The translations under genes were made by a program, and so were the position numbers. A model generated the notes under the pieces. That model saw nothing but the letters and a program-made list of their open reading frames with translations. It did not search any database and was not told the DNA's origin. From Acidimicrobiia bacterium (GTDB taxonomy: Bacteria; Actinomycetota; Acidimicrobiia; Spongiisociales; ZC4RG35): a stretch of 64,000 nt of DNA. Location of the stretch: assembly GCA_035281645.1 (NCBI GenBank), contig DATEDN010000079.1, positions 9,407 to 73,406 of the forward strand, written 5' to 3'. Positions 54,613 to 63,744 of the stretch are shown here, one piece after another (position 1 is the stretch's first letter; the number at the start of each line of letters is the position of its first letter).

Positions 54613-55064
54613 AACAGCAAGCCGCCAGGCAGGCGCGAGACCCACGTACCGCTCGGGGTGAAGGTGATCGTCCGGGCTTCGTCAGCTCCTACCTCGAAAT
54701 CGATCCGGAGGTGATCGTCGGGTAATTCTGCCTCGATTGCGTCTCCCCACTCGATCACCAGTACGCCGTCTTCCGAATCGGCAATGAGATCAAGGTCTTC
54801 GAACTCGTTGCGGGTTCGGAGGCGGTAGATGTCGGCGTGGGTGAGGGGGAGAAAGCCGGTTCGATATTGCCGCACGAGCACGAACGAGGGACTGGTCACC
54901 ATTTCCTCCACCCCGAGACCGGCGGCAAGCCCGCCGGCAAAGAGTGTCTTTCCCGAACCGAGCTCACCGACCAACAAGACAATGTCACCAGCTTGGAGCA
55001 TCGGTGCGAGTCGAACACCGAGGTTGGCGGTATCGGCCGGCAACAGGCAGGAAGCCTCATACAT
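54609..55064 (-). CDS. tsaE: tRNA threonylcarbamoyladenosine biosynthesis ATPase TsaE
   Basis: 151 aa. Walker A GELGSGKT, SPSF, and HADIYRL-type motifs. Confidence 0.85.
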   Translation of the reverse strand: MYEASCLLPADTANLGVRLAPMLQAGDIVLLVGELGSGKTLFAGGLAAGLGVEEMVTSPSFVLVRQYRTGFLPLTHADIYRLRTRNEFEDLDLIADSEDGVLVIEWGDAIEAELPDDHLRIDFEVGADEARTITFTPSGTWVSRLPGGLLL

Positions 55065-55076
55065 CGCTCAGGCCGA

Positions 55077-55691
55077 TCACGGGAAAAGGTTCATCTGCTC
55101 ACTCGCCTTCTCCACCACCGGGGGAGGCACCCGGGGGGTTTCCAGCGCCCGGCTGATGAGCTGGAAGTCGTTCTGCATCTCAGGAATCAGCGAGCTCGGA
55201 GAGCGGAGAGCAGCGGCCGGGTGATACGTGGGCACCAACAACCGCCCTTGCCACCACGGATAACTGCGACCGCGTAGGCGAGTGATCCCGGTTTCGGTGC
55301 GAAGGAGAAGCTTGGTGGCGAAGTTGCCGAGGGTGGCCACCACGTTGGGGTCGATCGAGCTGATCTGATCACGCAGATAGCCCTTGCAGCTGTCGATCTC
55401 GTCGGGCAAAGGATCGCGATTACCGGGTGGGCGGCATTTGATGACGTTGGCGATGTATACGTCCTCGCGGGAGAGGCCAATGCCCGAGAGCAAGCGGTTG
55501 AGGAGCTGTCCGGCTGCTCCGACGAAGGGTTCGCCCTGCTGATCCTCGTTGAAGCCCGGAGCTTCCCCGACGAACATCAGGTCCGCCGACGGATCACCCA
55601 CTCCAAATACGACCTGAGTCCGGGTCTCGGCCAGCCGGCAGCGAATGCAGCCCAAGGCCTCATGCTCGAGGATGCGGAGGGCCTCTGTCAT
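55077..55691 (-). CDS. uracil-DNA glycosylase, family 4
   Basis: CIRCRL (Fe-S Cys) and the GEAPGFNEDQQGEPFVGAAG motif. Confidence 0.85.
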   Translation of the reverse strand: MTEALRILEHEALGCIRCRLAETRTQVVFGVGDPSADLMFVGEAPGFNEDQQGEPFVGAAGQLLNRLLSGIGLSREDVYIANVIKCRPPGNRDPLPDEIDSCKGYLRDQISSIDPNVVATLGNFATKLLLRTETGITRLRGRSYPWWQGRLLVPTYHPAAALRSPSSLIPEMQNDFQLISRALETPRVPPPVVEKASEQMNLFP

Positions 55692-55720
55692 GTCATTGGA
55701 GGGTATAGGCTGAGGAGCAA

Positions 55721-56611
55721 ATGCCTTTTGATCAGCAACTGGAGGTCCTGGGGGCGATCGATGGCGACATCAGAAGGCTATTCGACGAACACCGCCAGCG
55801 ACGTGAGCACTGGTACTTCCACGAGTTCGTTCCCTGGGAGCGCGGCCGCAACTATGTGACCGAGCCCTGGGACGTCTCCCAATGCACGATCTCGGAAGCC
55901 GCCCGCACGTCGCTCGTCCTCAATCTGCTGACCGAGGACAACCTTCCCTACTACCACTCGGCGATCGAAAGCCGGGTGCCGCCCGACTCGGCCCTGGCCG
56001 AATGGAATCGGCTCTGGACCGCCGAAGAGGGACAACACGCGATCGCCCTCCGGAGCTACCTCCTCACCTCACGCAACTGCAATCCCCGGTTGCTCGAGGA
56101 CGACCGACTGTCGGTGATGACCACCGGTTACCACCCCTCCTGGCAAAACATCGCCGAGCTCTTCGCCTATACCACTGCTCAGGAGCTCGCCACCCGGGTC
56201 TCGCACCGCAACGCCGGCAAGCTCACCGACGACCCCGTCGCCTTCGAGTTGATGAGGCTCATCGCCTCCGACGAGAACCATCACTTCATCTTCTACAAAG
56301 GCGTGATGACCGCCTTGGTGAAGCTGGCTCCCTCGCTCGCCCTCGAAGGGATCTACAAAGCGCTCTCCAGTTTTGAGATGCCCGGAACAGTCATCCCCGG
56401 ATTCCTTCGTCGCTCGATCGAGATCGCCAGGGCCGGGGTCTACAACCTCCGCATCCATCACGATCGGGTATTGCAGCCCCTGCTGCGGGACTGGAACGTC
56501 GGCGCTTTGGAGAATCTGACCAGCAAGGCGGCAGAGATCCAGGAGAAGCTGATGCAGCTCCCCCACCAGATCATTGCCCGAGCGGAACGGTTCGAAGCTC
56601 GCTTCGCTTGA
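55721..56611 (+). CDS. acyl-ACP desaturase (soluble di-iron, DesA-like)
   Basis: 296 aa. Di-iron EXXH motifs (TAEEGQHAIAL, ASDENHHFIFY) and an N-terminus like actinobacterial DesA1/DesA2. Confidence 0.8.
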   Translation: MPFDQQLEVLGAIDGDIRRLFDEHRQRREHWYFHEFVPWERGRNYVTEPWDVSQCTISEAARTSLVLNLLTEDNLPYYHSAIESRVPPDSALAEWNRLWTAEEGQHAIALRSYLLTSRNCNPRLLEDDRLSVMTTGYHPSWQNIAELFAYTTAQELATRVSHRNAGKLTDDPVAFELMRLIASDENHHFIFYKGVMTALVKLAPSLALEGIYKALSSFEMPGTVIPGFLRRSIEIARAGVYNLRIHHDRVLQPLLRDWNVGALENLTSKAAEIQEKLMQLPHQIIARAERFEARFA

Positions 56612-56624
56612 TCGCGGTGTCGGG

Positions 56625-57506
56625 TCAGCTGGTGCTGGAAGACACCGCTTTCTCGATGGCGAGTCCGGTGGCGACAAATGCGCCCTCGGCAGCCAGGTCG
56701 ACGTCGCCCCTCCCGGCTCCCACCGCGGTCATAAAGACCACGTCACCGTCGAAACGGGTATGAGCGGGGCGGACACAAGCCCCGATGGCGTCGTGAGCCC
56801 GGATTCCGAGCCGGGTCAGTTCGGCCCGTGACATGGCGGCATCGGTCACTATCGACACCAGCGTGGTGTTGGTCCCCGCCCATGGCGGTGGAGCCGGAGG
56901 CCCGGGAATTGGATCGCCGCCGGTCAGAGAGCGACCGTCGAGGCTGAAAACATCCCCCACCGGATTCATCACGACCAGCGCCCCCACCAGGTGGCCGTCT
57001 GGTGTGGTGATCGCGGCCGAGCCGATCCCGGTCATCACCCGAAGGTCGAATCCTCGCCACTTGCCAGATGAGGTCGAGGCGCCGGCTCCCACCCGCCCCA
57101 TCTCCACCTCTATCGGCGATGCCGCTCGATACGCCAACGCCCCCTGTTCAGGCCCGGGGCACACCCCGCCGCCCTCCAGGGGCAAGTCGTAGACCACGGC
57201 GGCGGGCACGATCGGGACCGGAGTGGCTGGAGTCGGATGGCCGCGTCCATCCGCGACGAGTTCGCGCACCACGCCTTCGGCAGCCGCCAGGCCGAAGGCA
57301 CTTCCGCCGGTCAACAGGATGGCCTGGACCTGCTCCACCCTCATCCCGACCGAAAGCAGGTCGGTCTCTCGGGTACCAGGGGCTCCGCCGCGGACGTCGA
57401 CCCCGGTGACGTTGGGTTCGGGGAGGACGATGACCGTGCAACCCGTCCTCCGTTCCGGGTCGGTCCAGTGCCCGACCTCGACCCCCGGTATGGCCGTCAG
57501 CGTCAC
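56625..57506 (-). CDS. P1/S58-family aminopeptidase (DmpA/BapA-like)
   Basis: Start provisionally GTG 57506, a GTGA overlap with the alr stop. IPGVEVGHWTDPERRTGCTVIV, VDVRGGAPGTRETDLL. Confidence 0.75.
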   Translation of the reverse strand: MTLTAIPGVEVGHWTDPERRTGCTVIVLPEPNVTGVDVRGGAPGTRETDLLSVGMRVEQVQAILLTGGSAFGLAAAEGVVRELVADGRGHPTPATPVPIVPAAVVYDLPLEGGGVCPGPEQGALAYRAASPIEVEMGRVGAGASTSSGKWRGFDLRVMTGIGSAAITTPDGHLVGALVVMNPVGDVFSLDGRSLTGGDPIPGPPAPPPWAGTNTTLVSIVTDAAMSRAELTRLGIRAHDAIGACVRPAHTRFDGDVVFMTAVGAGRGDVDLAAEGAFVATGLAIEKAVSSSTS

Positions 57507-58582
57507 GATTCGTAGCGGCGCGGAAGGCGAGGTCCGATCTGACAGACCACCTCGTAAGAGATGGTGCCGAGATGCGACGACCATTCGTCGGCGGTCACCT
57601 CCTCCTCTCCTTGGGATCCGAGCAGCACTACCTCTTCACCTGCCCCTACTTCTTCGTCGCCTAGGTCGACGATGATTTGATCCATGGTGACGGTCCCCGC
57701 CAGCGGTCGGCGCTTTCCCCGGATGAGCACCTCGAGCTTGTCGGTCAAAAGTCGCGGCAGGCCGTCGGCGTAGCCAAGTGGAATTGTGGCCACGTATGCG
57801 TCCGTCGGCAGCTCTCGCCGGCGCCCATAGGACGGGCGCTCGCCAGCGGCCAATCTCTGCACGAAAGCCACGTGCGACACGATTCGCATGGCTGGGCGGA
57901 GTGTCACATGGGACCGAGTGGCGTCGCAGGGATGCAACCCATAGATCCCGATTCCCAGGCGGACGAGGTCACGGCGTGAAGAGGGGTGGAGGATGGCCCC
58001 CGCGGTATTGGCCATGTGGACCAGCGGGCCCTCGATCCCGCGAGTGGCACGGTCGAAGCGCTCCACCTGCTCGCGGGTGAAGCCGTCGTCCTCGTCGGAG
58101 GAAGCGAAGTGAGTGAAGATCCCGCCCAGGGTTAGTAGGGGGTGGCGATCGATGCGAGCGACGAGATCTGTCACCTCCTCGGGCTTGGCCCCTACCCGGT
58201 GCATACCGGTATTGACCTTCAAATGGACTCCGCAGATCCTCGTGGCCGCGTCTCCCAGGGCGTCGATCATTTCTCTCCGGTAGACGGTCGGGGTGAGACG
58301 CCATCCGAGCAGCTCAGCAGCATCAGACGGATCAGGTTCAGAAAGGACGAGAACCGGAGCCTCGATGCCTGCCTCGCGAAGCCGGATCCCCTCCTCCAAG
58401 AGCGCCACCGCGATCCACTCCGCCCCGGCCGCTAGTGCCGCTTCGGCCACGGGGACATCACCATGCCCGTAGCCGTCGGCCTTGACGACTGCACAGACAG
58501 CCGCCGGAGCCACCAGGTCCCGTAAGGCGCCCACGTTGTCGGCGATCGCCCGGAGGTCAACCTCCACCCACGAAGGTCTCAT
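57503..58582 (-). CDS. alr: alanine racemase
   Basis: Start moved to ATG 58582, an ATGA overlap with the nnr stop. AVVKADGYGHG PLP-lysine motif and C-terminal domain. Confidence 0.9.
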   Translation of the reverse strand: MRPSWVEVDLRAIADNVGALRDLVAPAAVCAVVKADGYGHGDVPVAEAALAAGAEWIAVALLEEGIRLREAGIEAPVLVLSEPDPSDAAELLGWRLTPTVYRREMIDALGDAATRICGVHLKVNTGMHRVGAKPEEVTDLVARIDRHPLLTLGGIFTHFASSDEDDGFTREQVERFDRATRGIEGPLVHMANTAGAILHPSSRRDLVRLGIGIYGLHPCDATRSHVTLRPAMRIVSHVAFVQRLAAGERPSYGRRRELPTDAYVATIPLGYADGLPRLLTDKLEVLIRGKRRPLAGTVTMDQIIVDLGDEEVGAGEEVVLLGSQGEEEVTADEWSSHLGTISYEVVCQIGPRLPRRYES

Positions 58583-59922
58583 CGAATATGACCGATTTCT
58601 TCGATCAAAGATGGGGCCGTGACAGTGGTCCGCGCGGCCAGTTGGGCACCGGCCCTTCCGTGCCAAAAAGCGGCGGCACGAGCGGCGGCGGCGGGTTCGA
58701 GCCCTTGAGCCAGCAGGGCTCCGATCATTCCGGAGAGGACATCGCCGGTTCCGATCGTTGCCAGTTCGGGCCCGCCGCTATTGACGATCCAGGGAACGTC
58801 ATCTCCTGCGATCACGGTGGGGTTGCCCTTCAACAACACCGTCGCTTTCAACTTGCGAGCCAGAGCAACGGCATTTTCGGGCGTGGGCTCCCCTCCACCC
58901 AATCGTTCGAATTCTCCGGCATGGGGGGTAAGCACCAATTTCGGATCCGGTTCGGTCACCAGTGAGAGAGCATCGGCATCGACCACAACCGGCCCGTTCC
59001 AGGTGGCAATCAGCTTGGCCGCCAGGTCATCATGTTCGTGACCAAGGCCGGGACCTATCACCAATACCCGATAGCGATCCGGGAGATCCTCGAGCCGATG
59101 CTGCAAGAGGTCCGGAGCGTTGGCGGCTGCCACGCTGGCGGCCGATTCGGGCACCGCCAGTCCGACGGCACCGGCACCGAAATGCAGAGCCGCCCGCCCG
59201 GCCATGACCGCAGCACCGGTCATACCGACCGCACCACCGACCACCAGAACCGACCCGGCCGACCACTTGTGAGCACGACGAGACCGCCTCGGTAGCGATG
59301 CGTCCACCTCCTCAACGAGATACATGGTCGGCTCCGGCGAGGGCAGGCCGATATCGACGACCTCGACTTCGCCCGAAAGATCGGGTCCGTCACTCAGAAG
59401 GTGGCCGACCTTGTAAGCACCAAAGGTCACCGTGCGCTCTGCTCTGAATGCCGCCCCGGCCGCTCCTCCGGTCAGCGGGTCGAGACCGGAGGGGACGTCG
59501 ACGGACAGGACTCGCTGCTCGCTTTGGATCCAGCCGGTGACGGCCGGATCGGGTCGGAAGCTCCCGCCGAAGAGGCCGTCGATGACCAGATCGAACGGCT
59601 CCGGGTCGCCGAGATCATCGACATCGACCCCGGCTGCCATGGCTCGCTGGCGAGCAAGTTGGGCTTCGGCGGTTCGAGGCGCCGCCAAGGCGCGCACCGT
59701 GACTCCGACGCCACGGGCCTTGAGGATGCGGGCGGCGACATATCCGTCGCCGCCGTTGTTGCCCGGACCGGCGAGAACCACCGCCCGTTTTCCATACGCC
59801 ATACCCATCCCCGCCGCGGCCGCTGCCACCGCCGATCCGGCCCGCTCCATGAGAACGTCGACTCCGACCGAGCTGGAATCATCTAGTCGCCTCGCCTCCG
59901 CCGGAGTGATGACCGGTAGCAT
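58579..59922 (-). CDS. nnr: bifunctional NAD(P)H-hydrate epimerase / ADP-dependent dehydratase
   Basis: 447 aa. The YjeF N-terminal domain (GPGNNGGDGYVAAR) is fused to the carbohydrate-kinase-like C-terminal domain (HKWSAGSVLVVGG..., GTGDVLSG). Confidence 0.85.
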   Translation of the reverse strand: MLPVITPAEARRLDDSSSVGVDVLMERAGSAVAAAAAGMGMAYGKRAVVLAGPGNNGGDGYVAARILKARGVGVTVRALAAPRTAEAQLARQRAMAAGVDVDDLGDPEPFDLVIDGLFGGSFRPDPAVTGWIQSEQRVLSVDVPSGLDPLTGGAAGAAFRAERTVTFGAYKVGHLLSDGPDLSGEVEVVDIGLPSPEPTMYLVEEVDASLPRRSRRAHKWSAGSVLVVGGAVGMTGAAVMAGRAALHFGAGAVGLAVPESAASVAAANAPDLLQHRLEDLPDRYRVLVIGPGLGHEHDDLAAKLIATWNGPVVVDADALSLVTEPDPKLVLTPHAGEFERLGGGEPTPENAVALARKLKATVLLKGNPTVIAGDDVPWIVNSGGPELATIGTGDVLSGMIGALLAQGLEPAAAARAAAFWHGRAGAQLAARTTVTAPSLIEEIGHIR

Positions 59923-60297
59923 TCAGTGTTCTCCGACGGCAACGGCCATCACCAGGGCGCTCTGGTCGGTGTGGGTGATCGTGACCAAGACTTCCGTGAC
60001 ACCCAGCGCCTCTGCCCGAGCTTTCCCGGTTCCATAGAGATTGACAGTGGGCTTTCCCCCTCCGGTGATCTCGACATCTTTCCAGCGGATTCGCCGATAA
60101 CCGGTTCCCAGTGACTTCATCACCGCCTCCTTGCCGGCAAAACGGGCCGCATAACGCCGGGCGGGGCTGGCAAATCGTCGGGCATAGTTTTGCTCGTGCT
60201 CGGTGAAGCACCGCTCGGCGAAGCGGGGGTAGCGCTCGAGCAACGATTCGACCCGGGAGATGTCGGCCAGGTCGACCCCCAAACCGAGAATCCTCAC
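59923..60297 (-). CDS. acpS: holo-[acyl-carrier-protein] synthase
   Basis: 124 aa. ILGLGVDLADISR..., FAGKEAVMK. Confidence 0.85.
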   Translation of the reverse strand: MRILGLGVDLADISRVESLLERYPRFAERCFTEHEQNYARRFASPARRYAARFAGKEAVMKSLGTGYRRIRWKDVEITGGGKPTVNLYGTGKARAEALGVTEVLVTITHTDQSALVMAVAVGEH

Positions 60298-62126
60298 TCC
60301 ACCGTCACCGTCTTCGCCAGGTTGCGGGGCTTGTCGACATCGAGTCCCTTGGCGGAGGCGATCTGATAGGCGAGGATCTGCAGGGGCACCACCGAGGTCA
60401 CGGTGTAGATGAGGTCGGGGCCGGAGGGCACCTCCAAGATATGGTCCGCTACCGATGACGCCTCGTCGCGATGACCCTCCGCCAGCACCAGCAGGACCGT
60501 CGCCCCCCTCGCCTTCATCTCGGCCATGTTGGACAGAGTCTTGCCCCTGACATGGGAGTCGGTAGCGACACCCACCACGAGCACCCCGGGCTCGATCAGA
60601 GCTATCGGACCGTGCTTCATCTCCCCGGCGGCATAACCTTCGGCCCGGGTATAGGCGATCTCTTTCAGCTTGAGTGCCCCTTCCATGGCGACCGGAAAGT
60701 CGCCGCTGCGGCCCAGGAAGAAGACGTCGCGGGTGTCGGCCAATTCCTTGGCCAGGTCGGTGATGGCGGGCACCGTTTCGAGCACGGCCTCCACCGAGGC
60801 GGGAAGCCGCCTGATGCCTTCTACCAAATTGACGATGGTGCCCTCGTCCATGGTCCCCCGCACCTGGGCGAGGTGGAGACCGATCAACTGCAGGGCCACC
60901 AGCTGGGTGGTGAAGGTCTTGGTGGCGGCCACACCGATCTCGGGGCCGGCCCTGGTGTAAAGAACTGCATCCGCCTCCCGGGCCAGGGCCGAGTCGACCA
61001 CGTTCGAGACGCCAACGAGGACTGACCCCTGGGCGCGGGCGTAACGAACTGCGGCCAGCGTGTCGAGGGTTTCGCCCGACTGGGAAATTCCGATGACGAG
61101 CGACCTCCGATCGAGCACTGGGTCGCGGTAGCGGAACTCCGAGGCAATGTCGATCTCGACCGGCAACCGCGTCCAGCGCTCGATCGCATACTTCGCCATC
61201 ATCGCCGCGTGGAACGAGGTCCCACAGGCGACCACGAATACTTTGTCGATCTCGCGCAGCCGCCGCTCGGCGTCGGCGAACTCGGTGAGGCGCACCCCTC
61301 CGTTACGAGCGATTCGGCCCCGGAGGGTGTCCGCAATCGCCTTGGGCTGCTCGAAGATCTCCTTCTCCATGAAGGTGGCAAAGCCGCCCTTCTCGGCTGC
61401 TTCCAGATCCCACTCGATCAGCCGTTCCGGCGCCTCGACCGGGTTGCCATCGAGGTCGGTGATGACCACCGAATCTGGCCGAAGGGCAACAACTCGATCG
61501 TCGTCAACCACGATCATCTGCCGGGTGTGCTCCAAGAAGGCGGGGATGTCAGAGCCGAGGAAGTTCTCCCCCACACCCCGTCCCACCACGAGCGGGCTCC
61601 CCCGACGAGCTCCCACCAAGAGCTCGGAGTCCGAAGACCTCATCGCCACCAAGGCCAATGCCCCCTCGGCTCGTTTCATGACCAATCGCACGGCCTCCTC
61701 GAGGGCCATTTCGGACATTTCCTCGATCATGTGAGCGACAACCTCGGTGTCGGTCTCGGAGGCGAACTCATGGCCGTTGGCCTCCAATTCGGTTTTCAAC
61801 TCCGCCCAGTTCTCGATGATCCCGTTGTGGACGACGATCACTTGACCGGTGCAGTCGCGATGGGGATGGGCGTTGATCGTGTTGGGTACTCCGTGGGTTG
61901 CCCAGCGGGTATGACCGATTCCGGCATGGGCATTGGGAATCCCGGCTCTGGTCAGAGATCGCTCGAGGTCGGCAATCCGGCCTGCCTGCTTGACGATGGC
62001 GATCCCGTTCTCCTCCCAGAACGCCACTCCGGCGGAGTCGTACCCGCGATATTCGAGCCGGGCCAGTCCGGGAATCAGGATTTCGACCGCTGAACGCGGC
62101 CCTACGTAACCGACGATGCCACACAT
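60294..62126 (-). CDS. glmS: glutamine--fructose-6-phosphate aminotransferase
   Basis: 610 aa. MCGIVGYVG N-terminal nucleophile, two SIS domains, and C-terminal KPRNLAKTVTVE. Confidence 0.95.
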   Translation of the reverse strand: MCGIVGYVGPRSAVEILIPGLARLEYRGYDSAGVAFWEENGIAIVKQAGRIADLERSLTRAGIPNAHAGIGHTRWATHGVPNTINAHPHRDCTGQVIVVHNGIIENWAELKTELEANGHEFASETDTEVVAHMIEEMSEMALEEAVRLVMKRAEGALALVAMRSSDSELLVGARRGSPLVVGRGVGENFLGSDIPAFLEHTRQMIVVDDDRVVALRPDSVVITDLDGNPVEAPERLIEWDLEAAEKGGFATFMEKEIFEQPKAIADTLRGRIARNGGVRLTEFADAERRLREIDKVFVVACGTSFHAAMMAKYAIERWTRLPVEIDIASEFRYRDPVLDRRSLVIGISQSGETLDTLAAVRYARAQGSVLVGVSNVVDSALAREADAVLYTRAGPEIGVAATKTFTTQLVALQLIGLHLAQVRGTMDEGTIVNLVEGIRRLPASVEAVLETVPAITDLAKELADTRDVFFLGRSGDFPVAMEGALKLKEIAYTRAEGYAAGEMKHGPIALIEPGVLVVGVATDSHVRGKTLSNMAEMKARGATVLLVLAEGHRDEASSVADHILEVPSGPDLIYTVTSVVPLQILAYQIASAKGLDVDKPRNLAKTVTVE

Positions 62127-62184
62127 GACGAAGTCCTCTCGCTCACGACGGCAACGTTTCGCTGACCACCGGTTGGGCCAGTGT

Positions 62185-62335
62185 CACCAAGACCGCCTCT
62201 GTTTCGGAATCGCTTCCGGGTTTTCTCAGGTCTCTTACGGCTGTGACCAGCCGGGAAGGCATCCGCCGAATCTTTCGATGACCTTCCTCCTCGTCACCTC
62301 CCAGATGAAATTCACGGGGAGGCCAGGCGCTATCA
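62185..62335 (-). ncRNA. glmS ribozyme (GlcN6P-activated self-cleaving riboswitch)
   Basis: The minus-strand leader reads ...GAUAGCGCCUGGCCUCCCCGUGAAUUUCAUCUGGGAGGUGACGAGGAGGAAGGUCAUCGAAAGAUUCGGCGGAUGCCUUCCCGGCUGGUCACAGCCGUAAGAGACC...CGGAAGCGAUUCCG...GGUCUU. It contains the conserved cleavage-site AGCGCC, the GACGAGG core, AUCGAA-N-UUCGGCGGAUGCC-UCCCGGCUG, CAGCCGUAAG, and a P4a GNRA hairpin. It sits directly upstream of glmS. Confidence 0.85.
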
Positions 62336-62380
62336 ATTATGAACCGTCACCATCGACATTCCGGTAGCCGCTACTTGCTC

Positions 62381-63742
62381 CTATCGCTCGGCCAATTGCC
62401 TGGCAACTATCTCTGCCAGGCGATCAGCGTAACCGCCCGCCTGCTGTTGGCTAGCAGCTTCGACCATGACCCTGACCACGGGCTCGGTCCCAGAGGGCCT
62501 CAGCAAGACCCGACCATCGGCGCCGAGCTCATTCTCGACCTCGGCCACCGCATCCCAAACCTCCTTGGCGGCCCCGAGGTCCACGCCTCTCGCCACGTTG
62601 ACATTCTTCAGCACCTGCGGATATTCGACCATCGCCTCCTTCCGCAGCTGCCGCAGCTCTTGTCCAGAGCCGGCAACGATGTCGAGCAGGCGAATCGCAG
62701 TCATCAACCCATCGCCGGTTCGGCCTTTGTCGAGGAAGATGATGTGACCCGATTGCTCGCCTCCCAGGACCGCGCGGTGTTCGTTCATCGCTTCGAGGAC
62801 GTAGCGATCCCCAACCTTGGTTTCGATCAGCTCGATGCCGGCGCTCTCCATTGCCCGGCGGAAGCCCAGATTCGACATCACCGTCGCCACCACCTTGTTG
62901 TTCTTGAGGCGGCCCTGGGCTTTCCAATGCAAGGCAACTATGGCCATGATCACATCGCCATTGACCGGGTTCCCGTCTTCGTCGATGGCGAGCAGGCGGT
63001 CGGCGTCGCCATCGAAGGCAAGGCCGATTCGACCTTCGGCCTTACCGGCCAGAAATTCGGGATGGGTCGAGCCGCACTCGAGATTGATATTGGTTCCATC
63101 CGGCTCGACTGCAAAGCGTTCGACCTGGGCCCCCAGCTTGGTGAGGACGGCCGGAGCAGCTTGGAAGGCGGCACCGTTGGCGGCGTCTACCGCCAGATTG
63201 AGACCGCGGTATGAGTAGCGGGCGACCTTGGCCAGGAAGGAGACATAGCTGTTGAGAGCCTTTGAATCGTGAAAGCGGGTTCCCACCAGATGACCGGTGG
63301 GGATGCGGGCGCTCTCGCTCCGGAGTCGCCCCTCGATCCGATCCTCTTCGTCGTCGCTCAGCTTGGTTCCGGTGGCACTGAGAAACTTGATGCCGTTGTC
63401 GGAGGCGGGATTGTGGGAGGCGGAGACGATCGCTCCCATGGTCGCCCCGGTTGACGCCGTCAAATAGGAGATTCCCCCGGCGGGCATGATCCCGACGTCG
63501 ACCGTGTCGATCCCGGCCGAGTGAAATCCCGACTGCAGAGCCAGGGAGAGCATCTCCCCGGACCGGCGGGTGTCGCGACCCACCAGCGCGGGCCCGACCG
63601 AGAGTTGGAGGCCAGCGGCCCGCCCCAGACTCAAAGCCAGATCGGGAGTGAGCTCGAGATTGGCTACGCCCCGCACCCCATCGGTGCCAAAGAGGCGCCG
63701 TCCGCTTCTGAGCAGCGAACGATGCTGAGATGCCGCCGGCAA
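62381..63742 (-). CDS. glmM: phosphoglucosamine mutase
   Basis: LFGTDGVRG N-terminus and active-site SASHNPASDNGIKF. The exact start is uncertain and may be downstream of 63742. Confidence 0.9.
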   Translation of the reverse strand: MPAASQHRSLLRSGRRLFGTDGVRGVANLELTPDLALSLGRAAGLQLSVGPALVGRDTRRSGEMLSLALQSGFHSAGIDTVDVGIMPAGGISYLTASTGATMGAIVSASHNPASDNGIKFLSATGTKLSDDEEDRIEGRLRSESARIPTGHLVGTRFHDSKALNSYVSFLAKVARYSYRGLNLAVDAANGAAFQAAPAVLTKLGAQVERFAVEPDGTNINLECGSTHPEFLAGKAEGRIGLAFDGDADRLLAIDEDGNPVNGDVIMAIVALHWKAQGRLKNNKVVATVMSNLGFRRAMESAGIELIETKVGDRYVLEAMNEHRAVLGGEQSGHIIFLDKGRTGDGLMTAIRLLDIVAGSGQELRQLRKEAMVEYPQVLKNVNVARGVDLGAAKEVWDAVAEVENELGADGRVLLRPSGTEPVVRVMVEAASQQQAGGYADRLAEIVARQLAER

Positions 63743-63744
63743 CT

